A stretch of 64,000 nucleotides of DNA from Carcharhinus amblyrhynchos (GCA_965287045.1 OZ336881.1:45446001-45510000); one strand, 5' to 3'. Positions 25,529 through 39,313 are shown, counted from the first letter of the stretch. Notes: generated by a model not told the origin, from the sequence alone. Program-made: numbers and translations.

Positions 25529-25759
25529 TCATCAAATTTCACACACACACAGACAGGCAGGTTTGTTTTCTTTTTGAAAGGGCTGGCCATTCAACCTGAC
25601 AGCTTGAAAGTTCTTCAGACCTTATCCACCTTCCTTTACCCCCAATATGTAACTCACAAATTGCTGGGTAAATTCCTTTCTATAGCGAAAATGGGTCTAT
25701 TCAAACTTAGCACTGGCTCTGCTGAATTCAGGCTTCCCTCAAGTGTGAGCCACATCCAG

Positions 25760-25828
25760 TTTCTTCCTTGAATTCCTTCTGCCTAAACAATGCTGCATTG
25801 TTTAGGCAGAAGGAATTTAAGGAAGAAA
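25760..25828. repeat. Near-perfect 69-nt palindrome (34-bp arms, 1-nt spacer, 1 mismatch)
   Basis: tttcttccttgaattccttctgcctaaacaatgc-t-gcattgtttaggcagaaggaatttaaggaagaaa. Confidence 0.97.
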
Positions 25829-27149
25829 ATCATACCCCCAACCCCACATCAAAATAATCGATCCATGGCAGCGTGATGTCAGAAAGGTACGAATTACAAC
25901 TGGCTTCCAAAGGTGTGTACATGGTGAGCACACTTCCAAGTGGATCTCTGAGGTGAGCACAGCGATCATGGAACAGCTGTGCATATTAAAGTACTCAGAG
26001 ATACCAGCTCTGACTGAGGATGCTAGCCTTTGGCTCAGGGATGTCGACTCTGACTGGAGGGGACCAGCTTTTGACATGGGGTGCTGGCTTTGATTTGAAG
26101 TGACCAGCTTTTGACTGGGGGCAACCAGCCTTTGATACAAGAGAGACTGGGGTAACACTGGAAGGGTTCTGGGGACAAAATTGGTGGATATTAGAGGCGA
26201 TAGGGGTAACACTTGAAGTCTTGAAGAACAGAGGCCTAGTCAGGAGAGCCCAGAGGAAAGACTAGAGAGTGTTGGTGGATAGATTCCAGGGCCTGGGGCC
26301 CAGTTGTGGTAGATCGGAGGAAGACTGTTCTGTGAAAAGCGTGCCTTCTGCTGTGGGGCCATGGAAGAGCTCACAGAAGCAAGGGAAACCTGGAGTCAAT
26401 GTGGCAGCTGAGTGGGTAGTCATTATCCTCAGATCTGGAGCGGATGTGGAGGCATGCTTCTGGAGACAAGATGTTGACAAGAGCAAGGTTAATGAAAATT
26501 CATATCAGTGAACATTCCTCCTTTGCAGATAAGACTATTCAACTGTTAAAAAGTGACATGCCTGGAGTCTCACTGCTCATGCAATTAGGCCCACTTAAGT
26601 ACCATTTATGTGTGTGAATGCCCCTAGTTGCTGCTCAGGAGTTAACTCTTGGGGCACTGACTGCCAAAATCACTGACTGCCATGTTGTGTCTGTACTATT
26701 GGCTGACTGGGAAAACAAATACATTCCCTTAGACAGTTTTCAATGACACACTACCCAAGGACAGCATTCCTAACCCTCCCTGTGTACTGAGATGCATATT
26801 GACATGTGCCCCCAAGAACAAGTTGAGTGCAAAGCCTGGGAATGAAGCTTGGGACAATACTTGCACATGGGATGAGAGCTTACAGTGCAGTAGAGTGACC
26901 ACATTTGTGGCCACTTGGTCACGTGGTGTGGGGCAAGGGTGGTGTGTGGTCTTTCCCAATGGGCTTGTAAATAAAGGATTGGGAATCAACGTAGTGGCCA
27001 GGACGTAAATCAGTGGGCTTTGAAAGGCAGCTTCAGACAATTAATGGGAAAAGGATGGTCCTTTGGAGACAGAAGCTAACTGTCAAGTCTTTCGTTTTGA
27101 TACTTCAGTGAGGAAAACTTATGAAACACAGAGCCTGTTTGCACACTGT

Positions 27150-28720
27150 GCAACTGGAGCTTCTTAAACTTTCCAACCCTGCATCCATGTCTTGGTGCAT
27201 CCCCAACATCAACAATGGAGGTGGAGGCAGCCTGTTTCCTGCCATGTTCTATTGTCTGTGATGACTTTGGTGAGCATCCTTTGGAAGGCTGAGACTTGGA
27301 GGGCCCCAAACCTAGTTTTTTGGTCCTGCTGTATGCCTTACTACTCTCCTCAGCCTGTACAGCTGGACTTGATGTAGTCACAAGAAGAAGGATTTGAATG
27401 GTCAAAACACTCCTGGACACCAGCTGATCCTGCTCCCTATTGATGCCTGAGGGCCGTGGCTTCCTCCTTGGGATAGAGGAGGAGTTGCAGTGAGCTTGAG
27501 GAGCTTTGCTGTCCTCTAGTATTGGCACTGATCCCAGCAAGTGCCTGCACCATGGAGTACATGTCCTGCACCATGGAATGCATGTCCTGCAGCAGTGCAG
27601 AATTAAAGTCTTGCAACAATGTCATCATGATAGCCATCACCTTTGCTATGATGCTCTTTTTGCATTGGAGTGTTGTCAATCACCTCTGACATAAGACAGA
27701 TTGAATCCTTCATACAGCTTATCAGTCCAAAGAGTGCACCAGAGACCCCTTTCTGACTTTTCTGAGTTTGCCTTTGGAGTTCCAGCAACTGAGGCATGAC
27801 TGAGTCCAGAGACTTTGTCATCTGACTGCGAATCCAGGTCTTCAAAACAATCCGAGTGCCAACACCCTCAGACATCCCTGCTTCCACCTGCTGTAGCTCA
27901 GACAGTTGAGGTGCTTACCAGATTGTGACCCTGAGGCTCCTCTAAAACTAGATTCCACTGAGGTGTGTCTCTGTGATGATGGAGGGTGTTGGTGTGCGCA
28001 GTGATGACACTTCAATGTTGGTCTCTGTGAATTCCTCTTCTGGTCTCAGGGCTGGAGTTGAGAACTTGGCTGGTGGACTCCGTGGACTGCTTCTCAGATG
28101 TATCTGAAAAAATGCAGATGTTATTGCTACATGGTATGGGTTTTTTTGAAATGGGAGACTTGACTGACAGCATTGTTGTCTGATGAATGCTGTACTGCAG
28201 GAGTCTCACTTGGTTTATCACCACCAACTTCACCATCAGTCAATGTCCTCCCTCTGCCATCTGTGATCTCTCCCTCTTCTGTGCCAACTTCTATTGCATG
28301 AAAACAGATAGAGAAAATGTAAGCATGTCGGGGCAGATGGTAAGGATGCCTGAAACGTGTGGATGGTGAGTGGGAGGCATGAAGTGATGAGGATACGGTC
28401 ACCTGTGAGTGTAAGAACAAGTGATAGCATTCCTTGAACTGGCAGTCAGTGAGATCCCTGTGGATGTATGATACGTGTGTGCATTGAGAGTGATGAGAGT
28501 GAGTACCCCTGGCAGAACAGAAGAGATTGTTCATCCTCTTCATTCACTGGATGGCTGCACTCTTCTGTAGGGCATTAGCACTGACCATTACTGTCATCGC
28601 TTTCCATGCTGGGTTTGCGACCTTGCTGGCTGGTTTTCCTACTGTGCATGGATAGAGGACTGTATGAATCCAGGAGCCTCTGTGGGGATGCATTTGAAAA
28701 TTTGGGGGTGGATTTCTTGG
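27150..28720 (-). pseudogene. Decayed PIF/Harbinger Myb/SANT-like gene (three exon-like blocks)
   Basis: GKPASKVANPAWKAMTVMVSANALQKSAAIQ*MKRMNNLFCSAR (SANT/MSANTD-like), donor at about 28506, then KLAQKRERSQ, acceptor at 28105-28104 and a coiled-coil-like C-terminal block. Confidence 0.75.
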
Positions 28721-30621
28721 CAGCCAACACTTCCTGATAACAATGTTAGCCCTGTTCAAGTATATCTATTTCCCAACTCTGCAGGCTCATATGCATTAAC
28801 TTTATTTTTTTGGATCCAAATGTTTATTACCATGGAGTCAAAAGTTGCAGGCTACATCTGCTCACCCTGCCCACTGTTCCCACCCCCCTTTCAAAAAGTG
28901 GTGATTGGATTCTGTCTTATCTTGCTGCAGGGTTACAAATTTGACCAGGTGGTTCAGCTTTGCATTGGCATTTGGTGCAAAATAGGGCAGACAAATCAAG
29001 CATGGAAGGATGTGATTCAATGCACAAAAGTAGTGATTGAACTTATGTAAAGGAAACATTATAAAAAAAGGTGAAGACAATAAAATACAAGTATGCCAAG
29101 GAAGGAATAATAGAACTTGAATTGCAGGATAAACAGAGGGAGGAGACCATTGACAAAAACAAATGCATGAAAAAGGCAATGTTTTAAATAACTGAGAAAT
29201 TGGAGAGAAGCGTACAGCAATGGGCACATATGATCACTAGTTGGGAAATTCATGCCGTAAAATGATGGAAGAGAACAAAGAGAACTAAAATTAAATAAAT
29301 AAAGAGGAGAGACAATTTCATTCCAAATAATTTTAAATATGGGACACACAGATGGTTCTCACTGGCATTAATCCAACCTGTTCTGCAGCAACTGTCAATT
29401 TTTTAAAATATGCATTTTAGAATTTTTTACTTATGTGAAAGCGCATTTTGAAACTACTGCAATTTTTGTAGTTAGGAAATTTTAGTTACTAAGCAATATT
29501 TTTCTAACAAAAAACTGTTTTATGTATTAACTTGTGTATCAAAAGTAGGGAATGTAAATGTTTCCCCAGTTCACTACCTGTGTTCTTGTAAATGATATTA
29601 CCATTTTGCTTATGCCTGAATGTGCTTTCCTTCCCTGTACGGTATAATGCTTACTTTAATAGTGAGCTATTGGTAATTTTCTAAGCATTGTCCCCTTTTC
29701 ACCCATCTCCAATACCTCTTGAATCATTGGGAAAAATTTTGTTTGGAGCGGGGAAAGCCCTTAATCAGCCAGATGGGAGCACACCTCCATTTTTCCACCT
29801 CCATCCAGATTTAGTCCAGGACATGAAGGTACACAGTCAACCTTCCTTCCTGCCACCAAATGGGGACCTTAAATGGGCAATTAGTGACCATTTATGGGCC
29901 TCATATTGGGTATTAAACCAACAGTGAGTGGATTCATCAATATGAAGCGTGAATGACAGGTGAACTTGTGCGGGCTGATGAATCTGACATCAGAAAGGAA
30001 GGCCTTCTGAGAGCTACATCCCTACCCTAGCTGCCAATGTCCCCTACACCCACAAGCCCATCCCATGGAATTCCTCCTGCTATTATATACTTGTGGCCTG
30101 GGTAGCTCTGCAATTCTGGGCTTTCAGTGGGTGTCCTTCCTGCAGCAGCTATGGTCTCATTTGTAGCTCAGCTGAGCACAGAGCTATAGGTCTCTGATTG
30201 CTCAGCAGCTCTCAGTAGGACAGAACTCTGCCCCAGGCACCTTGATTCCTGGGAAAAGTCCACTTCGTGTCTCCAACTACTTGATTGGCTTGTGATTCAG
30301 TAAGTTTTCCCTAGAGGAGGCAACTTAATTATTATTTGTATCAGTGCATTTATTTCTCAGAATGGCTTTACTTATACTTCCTTGCTGACTTGTTTGCCTA
30401 TCCTGCATTACACATTTTTCTCATTAGATTTTAAATGTTGAAGCTATTCATGCAGTTAGTACTATAGGGATCTGACATGGATATCTAACGTGTTCAAAAT
30501 AACCATTGTATTGGGTAGTACCTAGCTTCACTCTAGAGAGAGCAGCAAACAATAATAATCGCTTAAGGAACAATATATTGGGTAAAATATGGTACCTTTA
30601 AAGCACAGCAACGCTAAAGGC

Positions 30622-30712
30622 TGAAATGGAGATGCCAGTATTGGACTGAGGTGGACACAGTAGGAAGCCTCACCACACCAGGTTCAACAGGTTATTTGGA
30701 ATCATGAGCCTT
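30622..30712 (-). mobile_element. Truncated Penelope-like terminal fragment
   Basis: Homologous to 9950-10045. It breaks off inside the hammerhead region. Confidence 0.6.
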
Positions 30713-31299
30713 CTAAACAATGTATAGTGAATGGACATGCAAGTGTCATAGCTTGGCATGGGCCATGAAGTGGAATGGGTGGAGCATGGAGTGGAATGGA
30801 TGAGGCATAGGGAATGTATGGCTTGTGGATAGGAGGGAGGATGGGGAGATGCACCCTGATGCTTGTGAAGTGAATTGTCACAGTGCTGCAGTTGAGGGGG
30901 TGGGGGGAGGTGGGGTGCAGCAAAGCTTGCGGGGTAGTGCATGCTCTGATCCTTTTGGGGTGTGATGCTTATGCAGGGACCTGGGGTTGGAAATTTATTT
31001 CTATCGCTAATTGGGTGCCCTTTCAAGATGGCACCCCTATTTCTGTGGAGTTGCTGTTGCCGACTCCATCTGGCCCCACTCCAACAGAATGACAAACCAT
31101 GCCCCGTATTTTGTTTGCACGGAGTGCACTAAAATGTGGAGGGAAAACACGACTGTGCAGCTGCAGAGTTGCAAGCCAGTTTTCTCACCTCAGCCATCAC
31201 TGATGGGAAAATCTCTTTCTTTGACTTTCATTCAACCAACTATCTAATTTATCTTAAATGTTGTTGCGTCTCTGCTTTTCTAATTCTGGTAATGTTTTC

Positions 31300-31366
31300 C
31301 ACGGCTTCACAGTAACTTCATTGCAGTGTTTATGTAAGCCTTATTTGTGACTAATAAATAAACTTT
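31300..31366 (+). mobile_element. Solo SINE/LINE 3' tail within a possible old antisense CR1 relic (about 31240-31570)
   Basis: ttcacagtaacttcattgcagtgtttatgtaagcc...taataaataaa equals the tail of 15669-15972. Confidence 0.7.
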
Positions 31367-33044
31367 ATGTTGGATCTAAAAGGGTTCTTCCATTCATGGT
31401 GTAAAATCTTTTACATTTAATTTTTTTTTGGTCTTATTCCAGGTAATTTAGGTAGCACCCTGTTTCTATTTGCTCTTCCCTACCCCTTTCTAATTTTACT
31501 TTATCATTTCAAACTCTTCTATCAAATCACACCTCATCTCATTTGTTGTGACAAAATCAATTTTTTTCAAGGAAAGCTCTCTCCATCTGAGGAGCTGGCA
31601 GTGCTCCTTCTCTTCCTGTTGTAATTTTTATGATTCTAATAATTGTCATTTTGAAGAAAGCTCTCCTTATGTCCAATGGTACATTTATGAAGTCAAATAT
31701 TCATGAATTGATGTTGTAAATCTATACGTAATCCGGTTGATTATGCTTGGTTGTAGCCTTCCATGGGAAGGGTATTGATATTATTTAAGGTATTGAATTT
31801 CTTGTTGAAGGATCTGTCTTGCAAATGGCTGCTTTTTTTTAAGGTGCAGCAACATATAGGAAAGGTGAAAGGCAAAGCTTATAAAGTAATTAACTATTGT
31901 TAGTACTTTTGGAATCTATCATAATTTGCTATCTTATTGTATGGTAAAATTTCTATCCGTTAGCTCACTGTAATGGTGGGCTTGCATGAATTCATTCAAG
32001 TTTGATTTCTGCAAAAAGTCACTTCGGACAATGTTCTCGTGTTCCTTTTGGTTTTCCTCAGCTTTTGATTCATGCATGGGTCAATTTTGTCTGTGGTGTA
32101 AGTGCTGTTCATAATGTAATTTTTCTGAAAAATGGGTTTTTAACTTATTTAATTTACGAATTGTGGAGATTAAAATTGAACAGTTTCCAAATAACTATCA
32201 ATTTCCATATTTAATCCCATAAGTGCTGCTTATCCAAAAGACATTAAAAATGTTTTTTTTTAATTTGCTTAGTTCAAAGCATTTTTACATAATTCTACTT
32301 ACACTGGGAAGTATCTAAATTAGAAATATGTGCATAAAGCAGAGATGATTTACATATCTTATTTCTTCACTCCACAGATAAAATCTAACAATTATTAATT
32401 TAGAAGACTTTTGTTTTACTTTCCCCATTGTTGCGAATAGTGACAGCCTTTGCAGACCTTTTGTGACTCTGGGTCCCACAATAGATGGTTTAGGGTCCTT
32501 CGCATTGCAGAACTTATTATTGTCCAGCTTCTACAGTTAGGATCAATTTCATCTAATTTATTGCTGGCTGCAATATGGGGTAAATACCCTCTGTTCCTGG
32601 CATCACTAGCAAAGCGTCTGAGAAAGAGAGGAAAACCCTTGTTAAAAACATTAGGCTGAATGTTAGAACTGTCATGACTGCAAATGTCCAGGCAAACTGC
32701 ACTGACAGATCACAAATCCAGACAGTTATTCATTTGCTTGTGTTTTATCATTTTTCTAATTCTATATGTTCTTCCCACTGGTGTTTTAAGCCAATCTGAA
32801 GTGGTCTGCATAAGTTAGTCAGAGGTTTCATTTAAAAGTTATAATTTATTTAATATAAGCATTGTATGAAAATCATTTTGGATGAGATTCCACCCATCTC
32901 TAGTGAGCCTAAAGAAGGCTTTGTGCATGGTGGAATTTTTAAAGAATGGAACTTGCCAATTTGCAACTTTACATAACAATTTGGTAGGTTTTAAAATTTT
33001 TATTCAAAATAATTTCCTTTCTTATTCTCTTTTGAAGAAAATTA

Positions 33045-34330
33045 CCCTGAATTTTCATCCTTGAGGTGGATAGCGGGAGTTGGAAAAATTACAGCCCTGG
33101 GAGGAAGTGGGATTTTCTTTGTGAGGGCAGGTGATGTCTAGACTTGGGCCAGCTAACCACAGAGAAAGTTTGGAAGCAGCCATCGAGGCTGTAGGGCACA
33201 AGGTGGGCTGTTTACAAGATCCACCTTGGTGCTGTAGGACTATGTCACAGTTAAAATAAGAACAGAAGGGCCCTCTAGCCTTCATCGTCACCGCTCATCC
33301 ACCTGCCAGACACTCCCCATACCCCATCCATTCTACCTCATGCCCCATGCCAAGCTATGACACTTCATACCCATTCACTACACATTATGTAGAAACAATG
33401 AATCCTATAGTGACTGTAGAATGTGTAAATAAATCCTTTTAAAAACATAATTTATTGACAACTTGCAGTTTTCTTTAAAACCAACCCCCCTTTACTAGAG
33501 GGCAGTAAAATGTCAATCACCCAGATGCTTTAAGTTTTAATAACTGAAACTGCAGGCATTTGAAATCACTTAACATTGAGTAATTAGCAATTGTGTCATT
33601 GACAGATGCAGAGTTCTCAATCAAGCAAGTTTCAGCTTTTGAACCTTTAAAGGGTCTGGATGATTGACACTTCTGTTGCATTATATTTAAAATGAGTTTT
33701 TTAAGTAAAATGAAAGTTCCCCAATGAATGATTGACTTTCTTAAGGCTTTTGTTTACTCATCCTCCTATGTCACTATTGGATTTATTGGTTCTATACAAT
33801 GTATGATCAATGACTTGTCATGGAAATGCTGGAATTTGGCACGGAGGGCTTGAGGGACCAAAGATGTTTGGTGGACCTTACCTTGACACTAGGGTCATGA
33901 GGGGCCAGAAGGGTTGTTTGCAGAAATACCTTCGTATTGGTGGTGGTGAGGTGAGTGGGACGGTGGGGGGGGGGGGAGTGGGTGTGGGGGCAATCATGAG
34001 GGTGGGGGGGCATAGGGTATGGCAAGGATCTTTCGAACTTGCATTTTAAAAGATCCCCTTATGCAGACTATTGTTCACAACTCTTCTGAGGTAGCATGAA
34101 CCATAACTTATAAAAAATCTGACCCACTTCCATGAAACATGGAGAGGACAAGCATATGCATATCCCCACAATGCATAGCCAGGTCAGGAGTGCAGGAGTG
34201 TGAAGCTGGAAGTGAATTCATGATTGGCATGTGTGAAAGGTAATCACTTTTTCATTATTGTCTCCTAACCTCAAAGGTAAGGACATTTTGGAAAGGGACA
34301 GAAAGAGTTCAACAGTTAAAATATCCCCCA
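33045..34330. mobile_element. Old MITE-like element with C-rich left and G-rich right arms
   Basis: 33330-33390 is the reverse complement of 30720-30780. Arm composition is symmetric around an AT-rich centre. Confidence 0.4.
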
Positions 34331-37328
34331 CTATTTCTTCAGTCCAGGTCTATGTTTCACTGGAAAGAAGATCTGCCCATTAGTAGGAATCAGAATGAAA
34401 CAACACTGATAGAATAGAAGGATTATTTAACAATTCCCAATTTTGACTTCATTGCATCTTGATTTTGAATTGGACCTGTGGAGTACTTACTAAGTTGCTG
34501 CACAGGAACAACATTTAAGGCAACTCGCCATTGGTCACTTGATGGGACCAGATGCCTGTTTTACAATTTCCCCAATATTATTCTTCATTAACTTGATGGA
34601 GAGTAAAATGATGTGGCGTCTGAAACCAAACTTTCCTCAATCCTGTGTTTTTCCTATCCGGCCACTTTGGCTCCAAATTGCTAAAACAATATGGTGATCT
34701 CTTCCATCCAGGGATGTCTTTTCATGCCCTAGGTATGGTTGCCCGTGTACTGAGTCTCTCAAAATAATTTTCTTTTCGTTAAGGGCAGTTTAAAGTCAAT
34801 GTTTGTGGCTGCACAACAAATGACTCATATCAATCAAACTGCATGTCCTAATAACCATCAATAGAGTGACATTTATCACCACTCCTTGGGCTTCCAGTGA
34901 AAAAATATATTGAATTTTCCCTGAACAGAATCAATGGGTTCTATATTTTCAGCTTGATCAATTACTATGCCTGTTAATAATCCTTCCTCACTTCCCCAGC
35001 ACCTTAAGGCCACATTGTATTACCTCCTAAATAGTACAGGGCACATAGGTAGAAAGGACATTTTTTTTGCACCGATGTTTAACAGTTATTCTCATTGAAG
35101 CTGTACTCTGCCTCTTCTGATGACTGTAAGGTAAAGGATTTGGCCATCAGCCAGAATTCTCCAGTTGTTCATGCCACAGGATTCTCCCACTGGCAGCACA
35201 CCTCTGCCCATGGGTTTCTCGCTGGCATGGGGTGACTTCAATAGAAATTTCCACTGACGGCAGCAGGACTGGAGAATTCAACTGTGAGCAAACAATGCTG
35301 GTGGAAACACACGATTGGGCCGCCGAAGAATCTCATCCATGATCTATGAAATTAGCTACACGTAATATATATTGGTGCAGGTTAGAGGCACATATTCATG
35401 TGCAGTGATATATGGATGCATTGATATGTGATCTATCTATCAAGTTTCACTCATTTGGAGTGGCAGAAAATCCAGTGAAATGAAGGGCTCAGCTGAGTTT
35501 TTAAAATTAGTTTATTTTGATCTACTTCACAATTGACAATAATCAAAGATTCATTTCTTTAAATGGGTTTTCAACCTTTCATTCTTTTTGATTGCTTTGC
35601 AACTTCTAACGCCACTGTGATTTTGATAGCTGTAATTATTTACGATTTTCCATATCCTTTTTCTGGTTCGAGAGCATTGAGGCATGAATGTAGTTGCAGA
35701 TATAACAATCAAAAATATAAGGCACATTGTTCCTGTCGGTTTTGGAATGCCGCACGTATGGTCAATGCGGATGTCTCAGTGGGGTACGGTCCCCCAGATG
35801 AATTTTCCAATTAGTGAGCAGAAAGTGAACTCGTGGTGGACTGACTCTCAAGAGAGCCAATAGGAGGTCCTCCAACACAGAAGTTGCAGACTGTCCTTTT
35901 ATAAATTGGGGAAAGGGTGTAAAGGTGAGGGTGCCTTTTCTCCAGCATCTTTAATCTGAACTTAAAACAGTGGTTTCAGTATCCAGATGACCATTATGGA
36001 GAGGGAGCCCCCTGCATTGTGCCCTGTGGCTGCAGCAAAAGCCAGGTGGGCAGGGAGGACCTCTAACCCTGTCTGGAGCATTGTCTCACCCCATTTTGTC
36101 ACAGGGAGCCTTTTTAAGTCAGCCAGGTACACTGTTCCGTGATGCCTCGGAATTTGGGGAGTGACTAGAATTTTCCATCCCCAGTTCTGACAATAGGCCC
36201 AAACAGGCGTTTAATGAGGTTAGTTTATTATTCATCACTTGCAGGCTGGTAGCCCTGTTCTCCTCCACCATCTGCATCTTGGAAAATGGCATTGGGAGAG
36301 GGGCAGGTGGGTGGAGCTAGGGGAGCGAAATGAAGGCTGGTAATGTGAACTTATGTGTCCACCCAGTTCCATGCCTGTTCCCATCAAGGCCTAATAATTA
36401 AGCCCATGTAAGAAGAATCAGTAAGTTGTGAGATTGGTCTAATTATGTGGTTCAGCAACCTGGGCAATGTAAAGAAGAGAAAAGCAACAAGATAATAATA
36501 AGTATCTATCACACCGTGGGATCAGTGAAGATTGTGGAAATGATGTAGAAAGGAGCTGAGAAGAGCTTGAAATGGTATACTGATCTACTGCGAAGAAAGA
36601 GATGAAATGTAGTAAGGTGAGTAATGGAGATGGGTCTGCCAGGATGAAGAGGAAGGCCTAAAATCAGAGAGAAAGATAAAGCAGCGAGAGACTCAGACAT
36701 GATGAGATTGGGAGAGGAATAGATGACTTACAAGAGGAGATGGCAAAGAGTCATGAGCTAGTATTATGATGACCTCAAGTAAAGTGGACAAATTCAAAAA
36801 AAGAAAAAGACGTTCTATAAACATGTTTTTTTTAAAAAAAATCATCACATCATTTGCAACAAAGGCAAAACAAGAAAAACTTCAATTTTTATCAAGTTCC
36901 AGGTAAAAAATCAACTCCAGTGAGCAGGGAGGGTAATATAATCATAAAGATCATTCAGGTAAGTACAGATGAAGGAAGCTGTTAATTACATGCTGTTCAA
37001 CCTTCAAATGTGAGCAACATTTGTCAGTGCCAGTAATTGAAGGGTGAAGAATCCTTAGAGGAAATTATCATTTAAGTCTCAGTTTTTTGCAGGACCTTAG
37101 ACCATAGGAGTAACTTACCACTGAACCTGATTTTAAACTCGTAACTCTTACTTATTACTTCCTTTGGATATTTAAACTCATTGGATTTCTGGTCAGGAAC
37201 GATACAAATCACTTCATACACATACTGGCAATTGAGATCAGTGGAAATCTGAGAATAGGCTTTTGTCGCCTCGCAGTAATTTCTAGTTCAGATTTAGAAA
37301 TTTACTTTCAGTTTGATCATTCATAACT

Positions 37329-37713
37329 GAGGTAATGGCCGGATGATATTATTGCTGGATGATTAATCCAGAAATTCAATTAATGTTCCAGAGAGCTGGG
37401 TTCGAATCCAGCCATGGCAGATGGTGGAATTTGAATTCAATAAAAATATCTGGAATTAAGAATCTATTGATGATCATGAAACCTTTGTCAATTGTTGGGA
37501 AAACCCATTTGGTTCATGAATTTCTTTTAAGGAGGGAAATCTGCTGTCCTTATTTAGTCTGGCCTATGTGTGACTCCAGAGCCATAGCAATGTGGTTGAC
37601 TCTCAAGTGCCCTCTGAAATGGCCAAGCAAGACACTCAATTCAAGGGCAGCTAGGGTTAGTCAATTAATGCTGGCCAGCCAGTGACGTCCATGTCCCATG
37701 AATGAATAAAAAA
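37329..37713 (+). mobile_element. Near full-length tRNA-derived SINE (second family)
   Basis: B box gggttcgaatcc, and a 3' tail shared with the LINE at 22895-23972. Confidence 0.85.
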
Positions 37714-39313
37714 TATTCACTCACAAATAAAGTACAGAAGTAGGAATACGATGGAACTATTGAAGATTGACAAGAAAGCAGATGGAAAAAATAAAATATA
37801 CAAGTAATATTTTTAAAACATTGGTCATAGCAAATGGCATTTCTTCTGAGTAAAATCATGTTCAAGTTGCATGAAATTTTCTGAGACCACACTTATAGTA
37901 CAGTGTGCAGTTATGGGGCTGAATGTTTTTGTCACGTGATGGAGGTGGGATTAGGGTTTGGAATGGCAAAAGCCTAGGGACAGTTTGTAGTTCCTGAAGC
38001 AGTTACCACCAGTCAGGTAATTTCTTGACTATCTGGAGCTGCTTTGGTAAAAACAAGCAAAGATTGCAAATGTTTGGTCTACGGAAGAAGGGACAGGCAG
38101 TGCATAGAGCCGGGCCCATCCGATCACAGAGGCAGATGCTAGGTATGTGCGTGAGTGGTGAGGCAGGCTGGTTAGAAGGCCCTCTTTAGTTCCCTGGAAC
38201 TTTGCCTCAATTGTTTTAGAATATTTTAGGCCTTCTAGCCGCACTGCCACATACCCCTGTCCATTCCCCTTTGCCCTCACATCCCCATGCAAACTCAATG
38301 CCAACTAATGGCACCTTAGATTCTCTATGCCAACACAGTCCTACTCATACTCTCCACCCACCCCCCCATTGCATCTCAAACCATTCATGTCAACTATTTG
38401 CAACTTATGAATTTGGTTCCTATATTCTTTTTTAAAAGTCTACAGAAATTTGATCCCTATGTCTTGACTTTGGCTTAGTCTTGGAATTAACTTGATAATT
38501 TTTACTTAATTATTGCAGAACCTTGACTTTTATTTAATTAACATTTCACAACTGTCCCATACTTTGGGATAATTAGACAGGGAAAGGGACTGTGCAATAT
38601 TTATATGATGTTCAATCCCTCCCCCATTTTTATCCACCTGGATTCATGTTCAGAAAGATGGCCCACTCAAAGGATTGAGAGTCTAACTTAATTGTAAGTT
38701 TTGTATCTGAATGGGCCTGAACACCCTTCCTTCCTCTATAGCAATTTTTATTTCTATGCATCAACAATGAAGAGCATCTCATTGGCTTCAGGCAGGAATA
38801 CGGTCCAGAAAGTCCCTCCATCATAATGAAATTGGCAGACAAGCCCAGGAATCCTAAACCTTGCCCCCACTCCCAACCTAAATGCAACATTGGGTTTCCT
38901 ATTTTTGTGCAGGCGAACTGCAGTTGGGCCAGGGTTTGTGTTTGCACAGTTTAAGGATGCATCTGGTGATTTAAATCACCAGCTGCCTCCCCTGTAGTGG
39001 AATGTTTGTAAACCAAGGGTGTGAAATCCAGATGATCTGAATTAATAAAAGTGAATGCTGATCTGAAATTGGTGGATTTGTTCAGAAAGCCAGGGTATTA
39101 CCTCTTTGTAATGTTGCCACGAAGCCTTTGGGAAAGGTGAGGCACCTTGTTTAACAACCTTTAGGGTTGTTAAAATTAAACACGATTGTGTGCTTTTTAT
39201 GCAAAAACTCATTGGAACAATTAAAGTTATCAAAGATGTCAAAGAATTATCATAGCTGCCAAACAATGTTCAAAGCTGTCAGAGACACTTCAAGCAAAAA
39301 AAAACTGTTGAAT

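Noticed and set aside
31583-31610. Possible sense-strand hammerhead remnant (catctgaggag...cagtgctcc)
   Set aside because: The GAAA box and helices are absent, so it is too degenerate to call.
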